NCBI GenBank assembly: GCA_963836955.1 | Contig: CAWILO010000022.1 | Location: 583,505-647,504 of the forward strand | Source: an uncultured delta proteobacterium | Lineage (GTDB): Bacteria; Desulfobacterota; Binatia; Binatales; Binataceae | DNA length: 64,000 bases | Direction of reading: 5' to 3' | In this document: positions 29,078-38,415 of the stretch, piece by piece | Numbering within the stretch: the first letter of the stretch is position 1 | Layout: every line of letters starts with the position of its first letter | Notes under the pieces: generated by a model | The model's database searches: none | Told to the model about the DNA's origin: nothing | Seen by the model: only the letters and a program-made list of their open reading frames with translations | Made by a program: the position numbers and the translations under genes

Positions 29078-29971
29078 ATGGCGTCGATAGTAGATCAACT
29101 CTTAGAGAGCGCGCTCGACGACTCCGCCACTATTGATTCGGTCTTGCGCAAAGCAAAGGCCGTCGCGGATCTGCTGGGCCTTGACGATATGAGCAATTGG
29201 GCAGAGAGCGAACTATATAGCTATCCAAAAAACGTTGATGTTCCGAACTATCGAACAATGACCGGAGAGGTTGAGGCCTGGTCGCCGTATCACGGCAACT
29301 GGCAACCCATCGTCTGGCAGGACGCAAACGACCGCAAGAAACTGTCGACTTGGCCGCTTCGAGATTCAGTCGCGGAGATTGCAGACAGAGTTGAGCGACG
29401 TGATCAGCATTCATGGATCCTGCCTCTTGGCGCGATACGACTAAGAGGAGCCTTAGGAACTGAACTGACCAACATCGGCATGAATGTAGACCGGGCAGTG
29501 TTTGTGAGCGTGGTGAGTGCCGTCCGGAGCAGGATTCTAGATTGGGCCTTGAAGTTGAAGAAGGCTGGAATCAAGGGTGAAGGATTTTCGTTCTCAGAGC
29601 CTGAGAAGCACAAAGCTCAGCAATCCAACATCACCATCAACGTCGGGTCTATCGATCATTTCACCGGCAGCGTAGGTGAGATCTCCGGCAAGGCAAGCAT
29701 CGTTGCAGAGACGGTTGCAGCACATATCGATCTGAACGAAGTACTTACATTTGCAAAGCAACTGCGAGACTTGCGCGATTTGCCGGATAGTTCAGGGTCA
29801 GGTCTTCGAGAGCAAGCCGATGAGCTAATCGTTGAGCTGGGAAAGCCGGAACCAAAGGAGTCCCGCATTCGAGGGATTCTTCAGTCAATCCGTACTATTG
29901 CCGAAGGGACGGCCGGCAACGTCATGGCGGCAGGAATTGTACAACTGGCAAAAAAACTACTGGGTCAGTGA
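29078..29971 (+). CDS. AbiTii-like domain protein
   Basis: N-terminus SIVDQL..ALD..SVLRKAKAVA..LGL..WAESELYSY..VPNYR resembles AbiTii; helical C-terminus. Confidence 0.7.
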   Translation: MASIVDQLLESALDDSATIDSVLRKAKAVADLLGLDDMSNWAESELYSYPKNVDVPNYRTMTGEVEAWSPYHGNWQPIVWQDANDRKKLSTWPLRDSVAEIADRVERRDQHSWILPLGAIRLRGALGTELTNIGMNVDRAVFVSVVSAVRSRILDWALKLKKAGIKGEGFSFSEPEKHKAQQSNITINVGSIDHFTGSVGEISGKASIVAETVAAHIDLNEVLTFAKQLRDLRDLPDSSGSGLREQADELIVELGKPEPKESRIRGILQSIRTIAEGTAGNVMAAGIVQLAKKLLGQ

Positions 29972-30227
29972 TCCGCTAAACTCCCATAGCGCACTCAGAA
30001 AAAGTAAAACCTAGCCTCATGATCGCCAAGATTAAGGTCAGCTTCAATTTGGTCGGCGGCTTTCTCGCTTGGTCGAGGTTCACGATGATCGGGTAGCGCA
30101 AGTTAGGAAATAGCGCGAGCTTCTGAGCCTTCTCCAGAGTCTCGCATTCATCGCCGAATTGAACGTAGCGAGCCTTGCCATCTGGCGTGTCCGTCCGATC
30201 AAGAACGATGAAGGCCGTCAAATTCTT

Positions 30228-30462
30228 TTATTCGTTCCGCCGATCTGAAATCTCAAGGCCTCGATTCCGCTCGCGCTCGATGACGATGTCGCAGTGTCGC
30301 GGGCACAGTTCGACCTGCCGGATGTGGCGGCCGGCGGCATCAACCTTCTCGGCGACCAGGGTCGCGCGCTCCGGAACATCGGCGAACCTTGCATCGCGAC
30401 ATGTATTTGCATCGGTGGATGCGAACGGTCGTCGGCGCGGGATCGAAGTCGGGTTGAAGCAT
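30228..30462 (-). pseudogene. 'MLQPDFDPAP' Cys/His micro-gene, copy A (frameshift near 30372)
   Basis: MLQPDFDPAPTTVRIHRCKYMSRCKVRRC / ATLVAEKVDAAGRHIRQVELCPRHCDIVIERERNRGLEISDRRNE*. Confidence 0.7.
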
Positions 30463-30932
30463 GTGCGGCACTCCACTCGCTCGCATCGCTATGGCGAGAA
30501 TCTAGACTCAAACCTCCGGATGCATCGCTCGGTACTCAGTCCAGCATTTGCGGTTCTGAGGTACCGGACACATCTGACACATGCCGTCCGCGTGGACTCG
30601 AATCGGATCGCGAGGAGTCCCGACCTTTCTCGAGTTCCCTGCATTTGCTTGGTGCTGGCAGATTGCGCAAGGCAGAACATCGCCAATGGGCTTACGACGA
30701 GTTTCGCGTATTCCTCCAGACATCTGTCTTTCTCTTGGCCTCCTCAAAACAGAGCACCTCGGTCTATTTCTGATGGCGAGTCCTATTTCCTATCATCGGC
30801 GATCCATCTTACGTCTATCGACGCGTCGATGGTCTGGTTTCGTATTTATGTGGGACACACAAAGTTTACGACCGGACACCGCGGTTTTGGGGCATCGCTT
30901 TCCATCAAGCGATCTCCGCTGACATTGCATAG

Positions 30933-31261
30933 CTACTTCCCCTTGAGGCGCGGATCGTCGGTCGCGATGCATTGGGCATGTTTATTGAGCAGCTCGACAA
31001 CAGCAACGTCGTCGCCGGGCGCGAGGTCTTTTGTTGGATAGAAGAATACCTTCCCGGTAAGCTCGGGCTGTGGTCCGCCTCGAGTCTGTAAAACCGCGTC
31101 GTGACGGCATTCTTCCGCTGAATCGTAAGTTCTAGAGGTTATCCAGTCGTGAAGCGGTCTGCTTATGCCGATCATCAAATCCCATCATCGGTTCGACCTA
31201 CGGGCGGCACCATCAGATACCAACCCACAAGCGCGAGCGCAGCCACGTGGCGGAAATTCAT
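30933..31261 (-). pseudogene. 'VGWYLM..CIATDDPRLK' secreted small protein, copy 2 (frameshift near 31175)
   Basis: MNFRHVAALALVGWYLMVPP..CIATDDPRLKGK; ATGA overlap with the upstream paralog. Confidence 0.75.
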
Positions 31262-31581
31262 TTCGCTCCCTTGAGGCGCGGATTGTCGCTGGCGATACAA
31301 GCGGCATGATCGACACGCGCGCGTGCGAGTTTGGGATCAGCTGGTTGGCGTCTCTGAAAGCGCCTCAGCTTCCCGGTAGCGTCAAGGTTCGCCGGATCAC
31401 CATTTTTGTTTTGGAGTTCCGTGAGCGCCTGCTTGCAAGTATCGACACTCTCAAAGTTGGTAATAATGCTCCAACGGGAAATTGGAGCCGCCGAATCGAC
31501 AGAATGTGGAACCGTGGAATCAGGCGGCACCATCAGATACCAGCCCACAACCGCGAGCGCGGCGGTGTGGCGAGATTTCAT
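31258..31581 (-). CDS. 'VGWYLM..CIASDNPRLK' secreted small protein, copy 1
   Basis: 107-aa ORF with conserved termini shared with 30933-31261 and 34197-34336. Confidence 0.8.
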   Translation of the reverse strand: MKSRHTAALAVVGWYLMVPPDSTVPHSVDSAAPISRWSIITNFESVDTCKQALTELQNKNGDPANLDATGKLRRFQRRQPADPKLARARVDHAACIASDNPRLKGAK

Positions 31582-31653
31582 GTCGGATAGTTAACAGGCG
31601 GCCGCGCCACCGACAATTACACGTGGCCTCGCTCTGTCTTGCTGATGTTCCAA

Positions 31654-32769
31654 CTAAGGCATCGCGCTTGCCAAGTGCTCTGGTCTTGCCAGTCGGGCCT
31701 GCCGCTCTAAAGCGTTCACACGTTCGGTGAGCGCGTCGATCTGCGCGTCCTTTTTCTTGAGCGCGTCGATCTGTTTCTCCTGCGAAGCGACCTGCCGTCG
31801 AAGGGCTGCGATCTGCGCGTCCTTGTCCCTCGCCTGCTTCTGCACCTCGTTGAGCAGCATCGCCGGCAGCACCTGGTAGGCGACCGTCTCGGGCTTGCCA
31901 TCCGCGCCATCAATCACAAGCTCCGGATAAACCTTCTCGACTTCTTCCGCGATCAGTCCATATTGCTGAATGCCGGTTGAGTCGGCTTTGTAGGTGAAGG
32001 TCACCGGGCGCAGCTTCATCAGCTTGTCGCTGGCGTCACCCATATCGCGGATGTCGCGCTTGTAACGCGCCGATGATTTCGCGCATCCGAGTAGGCCGGT
32101 GCTGCTGGCTACTACAGCACAACCCTTCTTTATCGTGGGTCCGCCGAAGATGCCGGCGATGAATGTGCTGGTTTGCGTGCCCTGCGTGCCGATCCGGATG
32201 GTGTTGGCCTCGGCCGCGCCGCCCTTGTTGCCGATATCGATATTGTTGTCTCCGGTAGTGAGATTGGTGCCCGCGCCGGAGCCGATGCCGATGTTGGAGC
32301 TGCCCGTAGTGTTGACGAGGGCTCCAGCTCCGGTGGCGGTATTGTTTGCGCCCATGGTGTTGGCTTGGAGGGCAGCCACTCCGGTGGCGGTATTTTGTTC
32401 GCCCGTGGTGTTGGCAAAGAGGGCATCCAATCCAGTGGCGGTATTGTTGCCGCCCATGGTGTTCGATGCCAGGGTAGCCACTCCGGTGGCGGTATTGGCG
32501 CCGCCCGTGGTGTTGGCAAAGAGGGCATCCATTCCGGTGGCGGTATTCTCGCCGCCCGTGGTGTTGACATGGAGGTCGCGAGCTCCGGTTGCGGTATTAC
32601 CGTTATTGCCGCTGGTGGTATTGGTCAGCGGCGTGCAGGTAGCACCAATGGTCGCGTCCATTCCAACGCACGTGTCGAATCCCGCCGCCGCCGCGGCGAT
32701 GGTCGCGCTTGCGAGCACGATGAGCACAGCCGCCGCCAGATTAAGCGTAAAACTCGTCACCGTTTTCAT
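31654..32769 (-). CDS. Secreted fibre/adhesin-like protein with peptidase S74 (intramolecular chaperone) domain
   Basis: Signal peptide; NTATG repeats; SSARYKRDI..LRPVTF.YK..GLIAEEV..VYPELV; coiled-coil end. Confidence 0.88.
   Translation of the reverse strand: MKTVTSFTLNLAAAVLIVLASATIAAAAAGFDTCVGMDATIGATCTPLTNTTSGNNGNTATGARDLHVNTTGGENTATGMDALFANTTGGANTATGVATLASNTMGGNNTATGLDALFANTTGEQNTATGVAALQANTMGANNTATGAGALVNTTGSSNIGIGSGAGTNLTTGDNNIDIGNKGGAAEANTIRIGTQGTQTSTFIAGIFGGPTIKKGCAVVASSTGLLGCAKSSARYKRDIRDMGDASDKLMKLRPVTFTYKADSTGIQQYGLIAEEVEKVYPELVIDGADGKPETVAYQVLPAMLLNEVQKQARDKDAQIAALRRQVASQEKQIDALKKKDAQIDALTERVNALERQARLARPEHLASAMP
32310..32600 (-). repeat. Six 51-bp (17-aa) coding tandem repeats, NTATG..L..NT.G..
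   Basis: Repeated GGTGGCGGTATT on the + strand. Confidence 0.85.
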
Positions 32770-33334
32770 TGATATCTCCTCGGTGTGTGTAATCGGGGAT
32801 TTCCGTTTTGACCCTCAGCCGACCATAGCGATCCATCACGCGTGCGGCTATCGCGGGTTCTGGTCGTTACCACGCCGAAGCAATTCCGCTCAAATAGATG
32901 CTCGCGGCAATTTGGTAGATGGGGGGCGCTGGCCGGTGTTTGCCTCCCTTTCACCAGTCGGCCTCGGGCTGGCGTCTTTCACGCGCGCTGGCCCGTTTTT
33001 TTTTGGAGACGGAGGAATTGAGTTGATAGTGCGCCAGCGAGCCTAACCGACCCGCTGACGCGGACGCAACATGAGCGGCCCGATTGTACGAAGTTCGCAA
33101 ACTTGTCGCAAATGGTGGGCGCGGAAGCGGCGAAAGTGAAGGTGAGTGCGCCCGCAGGCCAGGGGAGGGGTGTCCCAACCAACCCGCGGGCGCGGATGAA
33201 GCATGAACGGTGCGGATATTAGTTCTGATTCCCATCGATCACTACAACACTACTAACGATGTTTTTCGCCGTCGGATAGCAAAAGGTTCGTTTCAGCTCT
33301 TGGCGAATGATCTACCGTTTCCGGGCGATAGGCC

Positions 33335-33832
33335 TTACGACTTTAGATTCATCTGGCCCTGGCCGGTCTTCGGATCGACTGGTGCCGAGACATGGGAATG
33401 GAAGATTTTCCACTCGCCGTTGACTTTGTGGTAAACGTCGGTCACGCGGAGTGTAGCTTCCTGAGCTTTGCCGGCTTTATCCTTCCAGGTGAAGTGCTGA
33501 ATGCTGCGCGCCATCCCCATCTTGCCGTCCGTTACCACCTCGAGCTCGACGAATTCGCCCTTGAGGTCGGTGGCATTACTGAAGAATTCGTCTTCATGAG
33601 CTCGGACCGCGGCAGCCCCTTTGTATTCTAACCCCGGGACAAAATCGTAGAGGACGATGTTTTCATCGAAATACTTCATCGCCTCATCGGTGGTGGTGGC
33701 AGCGATGGCCTTGTTTTCGACCGCGGTAATCTCGTCCTTTGCACTACCAGCCGCGTTGGCGTTGATGCCGAAGTTCAACACCATCGTTGCCATCGCCACG
33801 ATCGCTCCGATCGCTAATCCAAATCGTTTCAT
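33335..33832 (-). CDS. Secreted SnoaL/NTF2-like protein
   Basis: Signal peptide; RVTDVYHKVNGEWKIFHSHVSAPVD. Confidence 0.88.
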   Translation of the reverse strand: MKRFGLAIGAIVAMATMVLNFGINANAAGSAKDEITAVENKAIAATTTDEAMKYFDENIVLYDFVPGLEYKGAAAVRAHEDEFFSNATDLKGEFVELEVVTDGKMGMARSIQHFTWKDKAGKAQEATLRVTDVYHKVNGEWKIFHSHVSAPVDPKTGQGQMNLKS

Positions 33833-33949
33833 CTTTCATTCTTCTCCAAGTTCAGTTTGATGTTTTCGCACGTCCGCTGCGAATCGAGACCGGCGCGCGG
33901 CGAACTACGGTTACCGAGTTAATTAGTTAGCTGCCGCTCTAAGGGCAAG

Positions 33950-34182
33950 CTATTCGTTCCGCCGATCCGAAATCTCCAGCCCTCGAGCGCTCTCACGCTA
34001 ATAACAGCGGTGCAGTGCCGCGTGCACAATTCGATCTGCCGAACGTGGCGGCCCGCGCCGTCAATCTTCTCGGCAACGAGAGTCGCGAGCGCCAGGCATC
34101 CGCGCTTTTTACATTTCGAAACATACCTGCGCCGATGAACGCGAAGAGTCCTCGGCGCGGGATCGAAGTCGGGCTGCAGCAT
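33950..34182 (-). pseudogene. 'MLQPDFDPAP' micro-gene, copy B (frameshift near 33995)
   Basis: MLQPDFDPAPRTLRVHRRRYVSKCKKRGC..RQIELCTRHC / ERARGLEISDRRNE*. Confidence 0.7.
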
Positions 34183-34196
34183 AGAGAGCGCGTGTT

Positions 34197-34336
34197 CTAC
34201 TTTCCCTTGAGGCGCGGATCATCGGTCGCGATGCACCGGGCTTCCTGGAAACTCTGTCCGGTCCGACCTTGATAAAAGGCGGCCTCATCAGATACCAGCC
34301 CACAAGCGCGAGCGCGGCGGCGTGGCGGAGATTCAT
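34197..34336 (-). pseudogene. 'VGWYLM..CIATDDPRLK' copy 3, core deleted
   Basis: MNLRHAAALALVGWYLMRPP joined out of frame to ARCIATDDPRLKGK*. Confidence 0.75.
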
Positions 34337-34590
34337 TCCTCGCGGTTTAACAAATACGATCACGAAAGCGAAAGCTCGCGCGGGCCTCGATGACGCCCGA
34401 GCGGCGATCGGCTGAAATGAAGCGACGGGCGCGGAAAAGGAAACGGCGAAAGTGAATCTGCGCGGCGGCGCGATGTTTCTCCGGTTCCCCAGATGATCAT
34501 TCTCCGCCAACACACAGAAGTGATGATCACCTGGGCGAACCCCTTCTGATCGCGTTTGCTCATACCGATCCGTCGCAGCACTGACAGAAG

Positions 34591-35276
34591 ATGGCCAAAG
34601 ATAAACCAAGCAAAAACCTCTGGGCGCTTAGTTCCCTCGCAGCAACGATGGGTGATGGCGCCGCCGATTTCGCGGTAGACGATCACCAGTCTTTTCGCCG
34701 GCAGGAATTCGTTTTTGCCTCTCTCAACCTCCTGCTGATTGGTGCGCTCCTAGTGCTGCAAGCAATCTCAAAGTTCGTCCGCGGCAAACCCTCCGGATTG
34801 GTCATCATCGTCCTGGCAGTTGGTTTTGTAGTCCAGGCAGCTCTCCTCATATGGCTTCGCAGAAGGAACGCGACAATTTCTCGCCGGACACGACAGTTCC
34901 TCACGTTCTGGTCTCTCGGATTCAACTCAACGCTGGCGTTGGTGCTCACTTCGCTAACCATCAGAGGAGACACTGCGTACTACGCCCTGATGCTTCTTCC
35001 GATACTCGAAGCGGCTTTCAGGCTTGGTCTAGGCGCTACGATTGCGGTAGTCGCACTGGCGGACTTCATCAGCTTCCTGGGCGCCTATGGCCTGAAATTC
35101 GGCGAGTACATCGAAGCCGGCGCGATGTCGGTAATTTACAGCGTCATGGGAGTGCTGGTTTGGCTCCTGGTCAACAATCTTCGCGCGCGCGAGGCAAGCT
35201 TCGTGCGCAATCTCGAAGAACTCGAGCGCACCCGTCAGCAATTGCTCTCTGAAGAGAAGCTTGCCGCGATCGGCCG
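34591..35276 (+). pseudogene. Membrane sensor histidine kinase, 5' part only
   Basis: Multiple TM helices then ELERTRQQLLSEEKLAAIGR, ending just before the H-box. Confidence 0.8.
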
Positions 35277-35755
35277 GTTCCTTCTCTGCGCGACCATCGA
35301 GATGATATACCGGAGCTTTGCGCTCTCTTCCTGGCACAAGCCGTGCGCGATCTGAAAACGCCGCCTCGGAGAATCAGCACCGAGGCGATTCACACACTTC
35401 TCGGCTACGATTTTCCGGGAAATATCCGCGAACTTCATAACCTTATCGAGCGCGCGTGCATTCTCTCAACCCGGAAGAAATCACTCCGGAGAACTTCCCG
35501 GTGACGATACCTCGCAGTGCAAACGGCGTCGCGATCCGCAGATCCGCCGAGCTTAGCCCTGATCAGCTCGCCGATATGATGCCCGAGAAGCACAATCTTC
35601 GCGACTTTCTTGCCTCGCCGGAAAGAGCGGTAATTCGGCGTGCGTTGAAAATTACAGATGGACGCGCAGGCGGAAGTCGCGCGACGCTTGGAATGTCTCG
35701 AAGCGATCTTTCATATAAGCTGGGGAAGCACCGCATCAAAGATGCGGCCGATTGA
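35274..35755 (+). pseudogene. Sigma54-dependent (NtrC-like) regulator, 3' part only
   Basis: VPSLRDHRDDIPEL..YDFPGNIRELHNLIERA..Fis-type HTH LGMSRSDLSYKL. Confidence 0.85.
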
Positions 35756-35791
35756 AGGCCTGAGTTTGATAAGCATGGCAGGAGAGTCAAA

Positions 35792-36610
35792 ATGAAATCT
35801 GGTTTGAAACAAATCAAAAAAATAGGCGCGCGCTGGACGATGCTCGCATCGTCCCTGCTCGCGGTCATTTCGTTTGCGACTTCTGCCATGAGCCAGGATG
35901 TCGCTCCGCTCTCGATGAACCCAGCCGCCCAATCTGCAGCTTCTGGGCAGACGCCTCCGGGCGAGAACAATCAGGGCGTCTATTCCGATCCGTTGTCGGG
36001 ATTCAACGAGCCGATGTTCACCTTCAACCTCAAGTTCGACGATTGGGTGCTGCGGCCCGTCGCCAGCGGATACTCTTATATCGCGCCGGAACCGGTGCGT
36101 CAGAGTGTCGGTAGATTCTTCGACAACGTCCAGGTGATCCCGCGTTTCGCCAACAACCTGTTCCAGCTCAAGCTGGCTGAGGCTGGCGGCGAAGTCGCGC
36201 GCTTTGGAATCAACACGACCGTCGGGTTCGTAGGCTTGTTCGACCCGGCCGACTCATGGTTCGGGCTCAAAGAGCATCCCAACGATTTCGGTTTGACGAT
36301 TCGTTACTACAACATCCCGACCGGTCCGTACGTGATGCTGCCGTTCTTCGGACCTTCGACGGTTGGCGACACGGTCGGCCTGGTAGCAGACGGCGCGATG
36401 AATCCGATGAGCTACCTCCTTCCGTGGTATATAACGCTCTCTGCTGATACTGGCCAGCGCGTGGTTGAAGCGGTAAACTACCGCTCGCTGCATATGAACC
36501 AGTTCGAAGAAGCGGATCGCTACGCGATCGACCTCTACGGCGCCGTTCAGGACGCATACCTGCAGACGCGCGACCACGAGGTCAAGAAGCTCCACGAGGA
36601 AGACTGGTAA
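35792..36610 (+). CDS. mlaA: MlaA/VacJ family protein
   Basis: DPLSGFNEPMFTFN, RFGINTTVG..GLFDPA, DFGLT, GPYVMLPFFGPST. Confidence 0.9.
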   Translation: MKSGLKQIKKIGARWTMLASSLLAVISFATSAMSQDVAPLSMNPAAQSAASGQTPPGENNQGVYSDPLSGFNEPMFTFNLKFDDWVLRPVASGYSYIAPEPVRQSVGRFFDNVQVIPRFANNLFQLKLAEAGGEVARFGINTTVGFVGLFDPADSWFGLKEHPNDFGLTIRYYNIPTGPYVMLPFFGPSTVGDTVGLVADGAMNPMSYLLPWYITLSADTGQRVVEAVNYRSLHMNQFEEADRYAIDLYGAVQDAYLQTRDHEVKKLHEEDW

Positions 36611-36717
36611 AGCCGGCACGCTTCGACGAATAGCGACTCTTCCAGACTGAGGGGCCAGCTAGACTTCTTTCCCTGGGGCTCCCCACAAATGATAACTCGA
36701 AACAGAGGTGCTCTATC

Positions 36718-37836
36718 GTGTCGTCGATCCGCCGCATAAAGGAACAAAAGAAGGACATCATTCGTCGGCATGCCCAACCCGATAATGCTAAAGGATTAAC
36801 GCAAGTTCTGACGACGTTGGCGCTATTTGCGCTTCTTTGGTGGGCTGCTCTGTTGAGTGTCCACGTTTCCTACTGGCTCACCGCCGCGGCGGTGTTACTA
36901 ATCAGCTTGTTCACTCTGCGCGCTTTTGCGCTGATGCACGAATGCGGCCACGGCAGCTTGTTTCGCACCCAGCGGCTCAATCGCGCATTCGGTTTTGTCC
37001 TGGGCGTGGTCTCCGGCATGCCGCAGTACGTGTGGTCACAGCATCATAATTTTCACCACGCCAACAATGGCAATTGGGAAAAATACCGCGGACTCTACAC
37101 CACGCTGTCAGTCGATGAATACGCAGCAATGACCGACGCGCAGCAGCGCATGTATAGAAGTAAGTGCAGCATCGCGACCGCTCCTTTTGCCGGCCTCATA
37201 TATGTGATTTTCAACCCGCGCTTTACCTGGCTCAAAGGCAGTATCGGCCTCGTGAGCCATATTGTTAAAAGGAAAGTTGCGCAGCCAAGCCTGTCGATCA
37301 AGGCGCACGCCGCCAGTTTTGAAACGCGCTACTGGAAATCGCACAAAGAGTACTGGCACATGTTCTGGAACAATGCCGTTCTGCTCAGCATATGGGTCTT
37401 GATGTGCTGGACATTCGGGACGGTGCTGTTCTTTACGATTTATTTAATCAGCGCATCGCTTGCCGCCGGCGCGGGAATTGTTTTGTTCACCGTTCAGCAT
37501 AATTTTGAGCACTCCTATGCGAGCGATGGCAGATACTGGGACTACGACATCGGCGCGATTGAGGGATCGAGTTTTCTGATTTTGCCTCATTGGTTAAACT
37601 GGTTTACCGCCAATATTGCCTATCACCACATTCACCATCTATCCGCCAGAATTCCAAACTATTGTTTGATCGGATGCCACAACGAATATCGAGATCTCTT
37701 TTCGGATGTGACCCGCGTGAAGTTATCTGACATTCACAAAGCCCTGAAATACATTCTCTGGGACACGCGCGCACAACGAATCATTTCGGTAGCAGAGTAT
37801 CGGCAGCAGATGAGTCAAGCGGCTATGGTTAGTTGA
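36718..37836 (+). CDS. Membrane fatty acid desaturase
   Basis: His boxes HECGH, HNFHH, HHIHH. Confidence 0.92.
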   Translation: MSSIRRIKEQKKDIIRRHAQPDNAKGLTQVLTTLALFALLWWAALLSVHVSYWLTAAAVLLISLFTLRAFALMHECGHGSLFRTQRLNRAFGFVLGVVSGMPQYVWSQHHNFHHANNGNWEKYRGLYTTLSVDEYAAMTDAQQRMYRSKCSIATAPFAGLIYVIFNPRFTWLKGSIGLVSHIVKRKVAQPSLSIKAHAASFETRYWKSHKEYWHMFWNNAVLLSIWVLMCWTFGTVLFFTIYLISASLAAGAGIVLFTVQHNFEHSYASDGRYWDYDIGAIEGSSFLILPHWLNWFTANIAYHHIHHLSARIPNYCLIGCHNEYRDLFSDVTRVKLSDIHKALKYILWDTRAQRIISVAEYRQQMSQAAMVS

Positions 37837-37858
37837 GGGCAGTCAACGGTGTTCGTAA

Positions 37859-38284
<426 letters not shown>

Positions 38285-38415
38285 TTTGGGACGAGTGCGT
38301 CACTAAACTGGTTTAGGTAGTTGGACGAGAATGCTAAGCCTCTCTGCTGGACCAACCAGACCCGAAGCTCTAATCCTTTAACGCTACAGCAAGTCGAGAA
38401 GGGTATAGCCAGAGA

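Noticed and set aside
28600-34500. Prophage (S74 fibre, Abi gene, small ORFs)
   Set aside because: No capsid, terminase, portal, integrase or replication genes, and the fibre has a Sec-type signal peptide.
35332-35346. Sigma54 promoter TGGCAC-N5-GTGC
   Set aside because: It lies inside the coding remnant of the NtrC AAA domain (LFLAQAVRD), so the match is likely coincidental.
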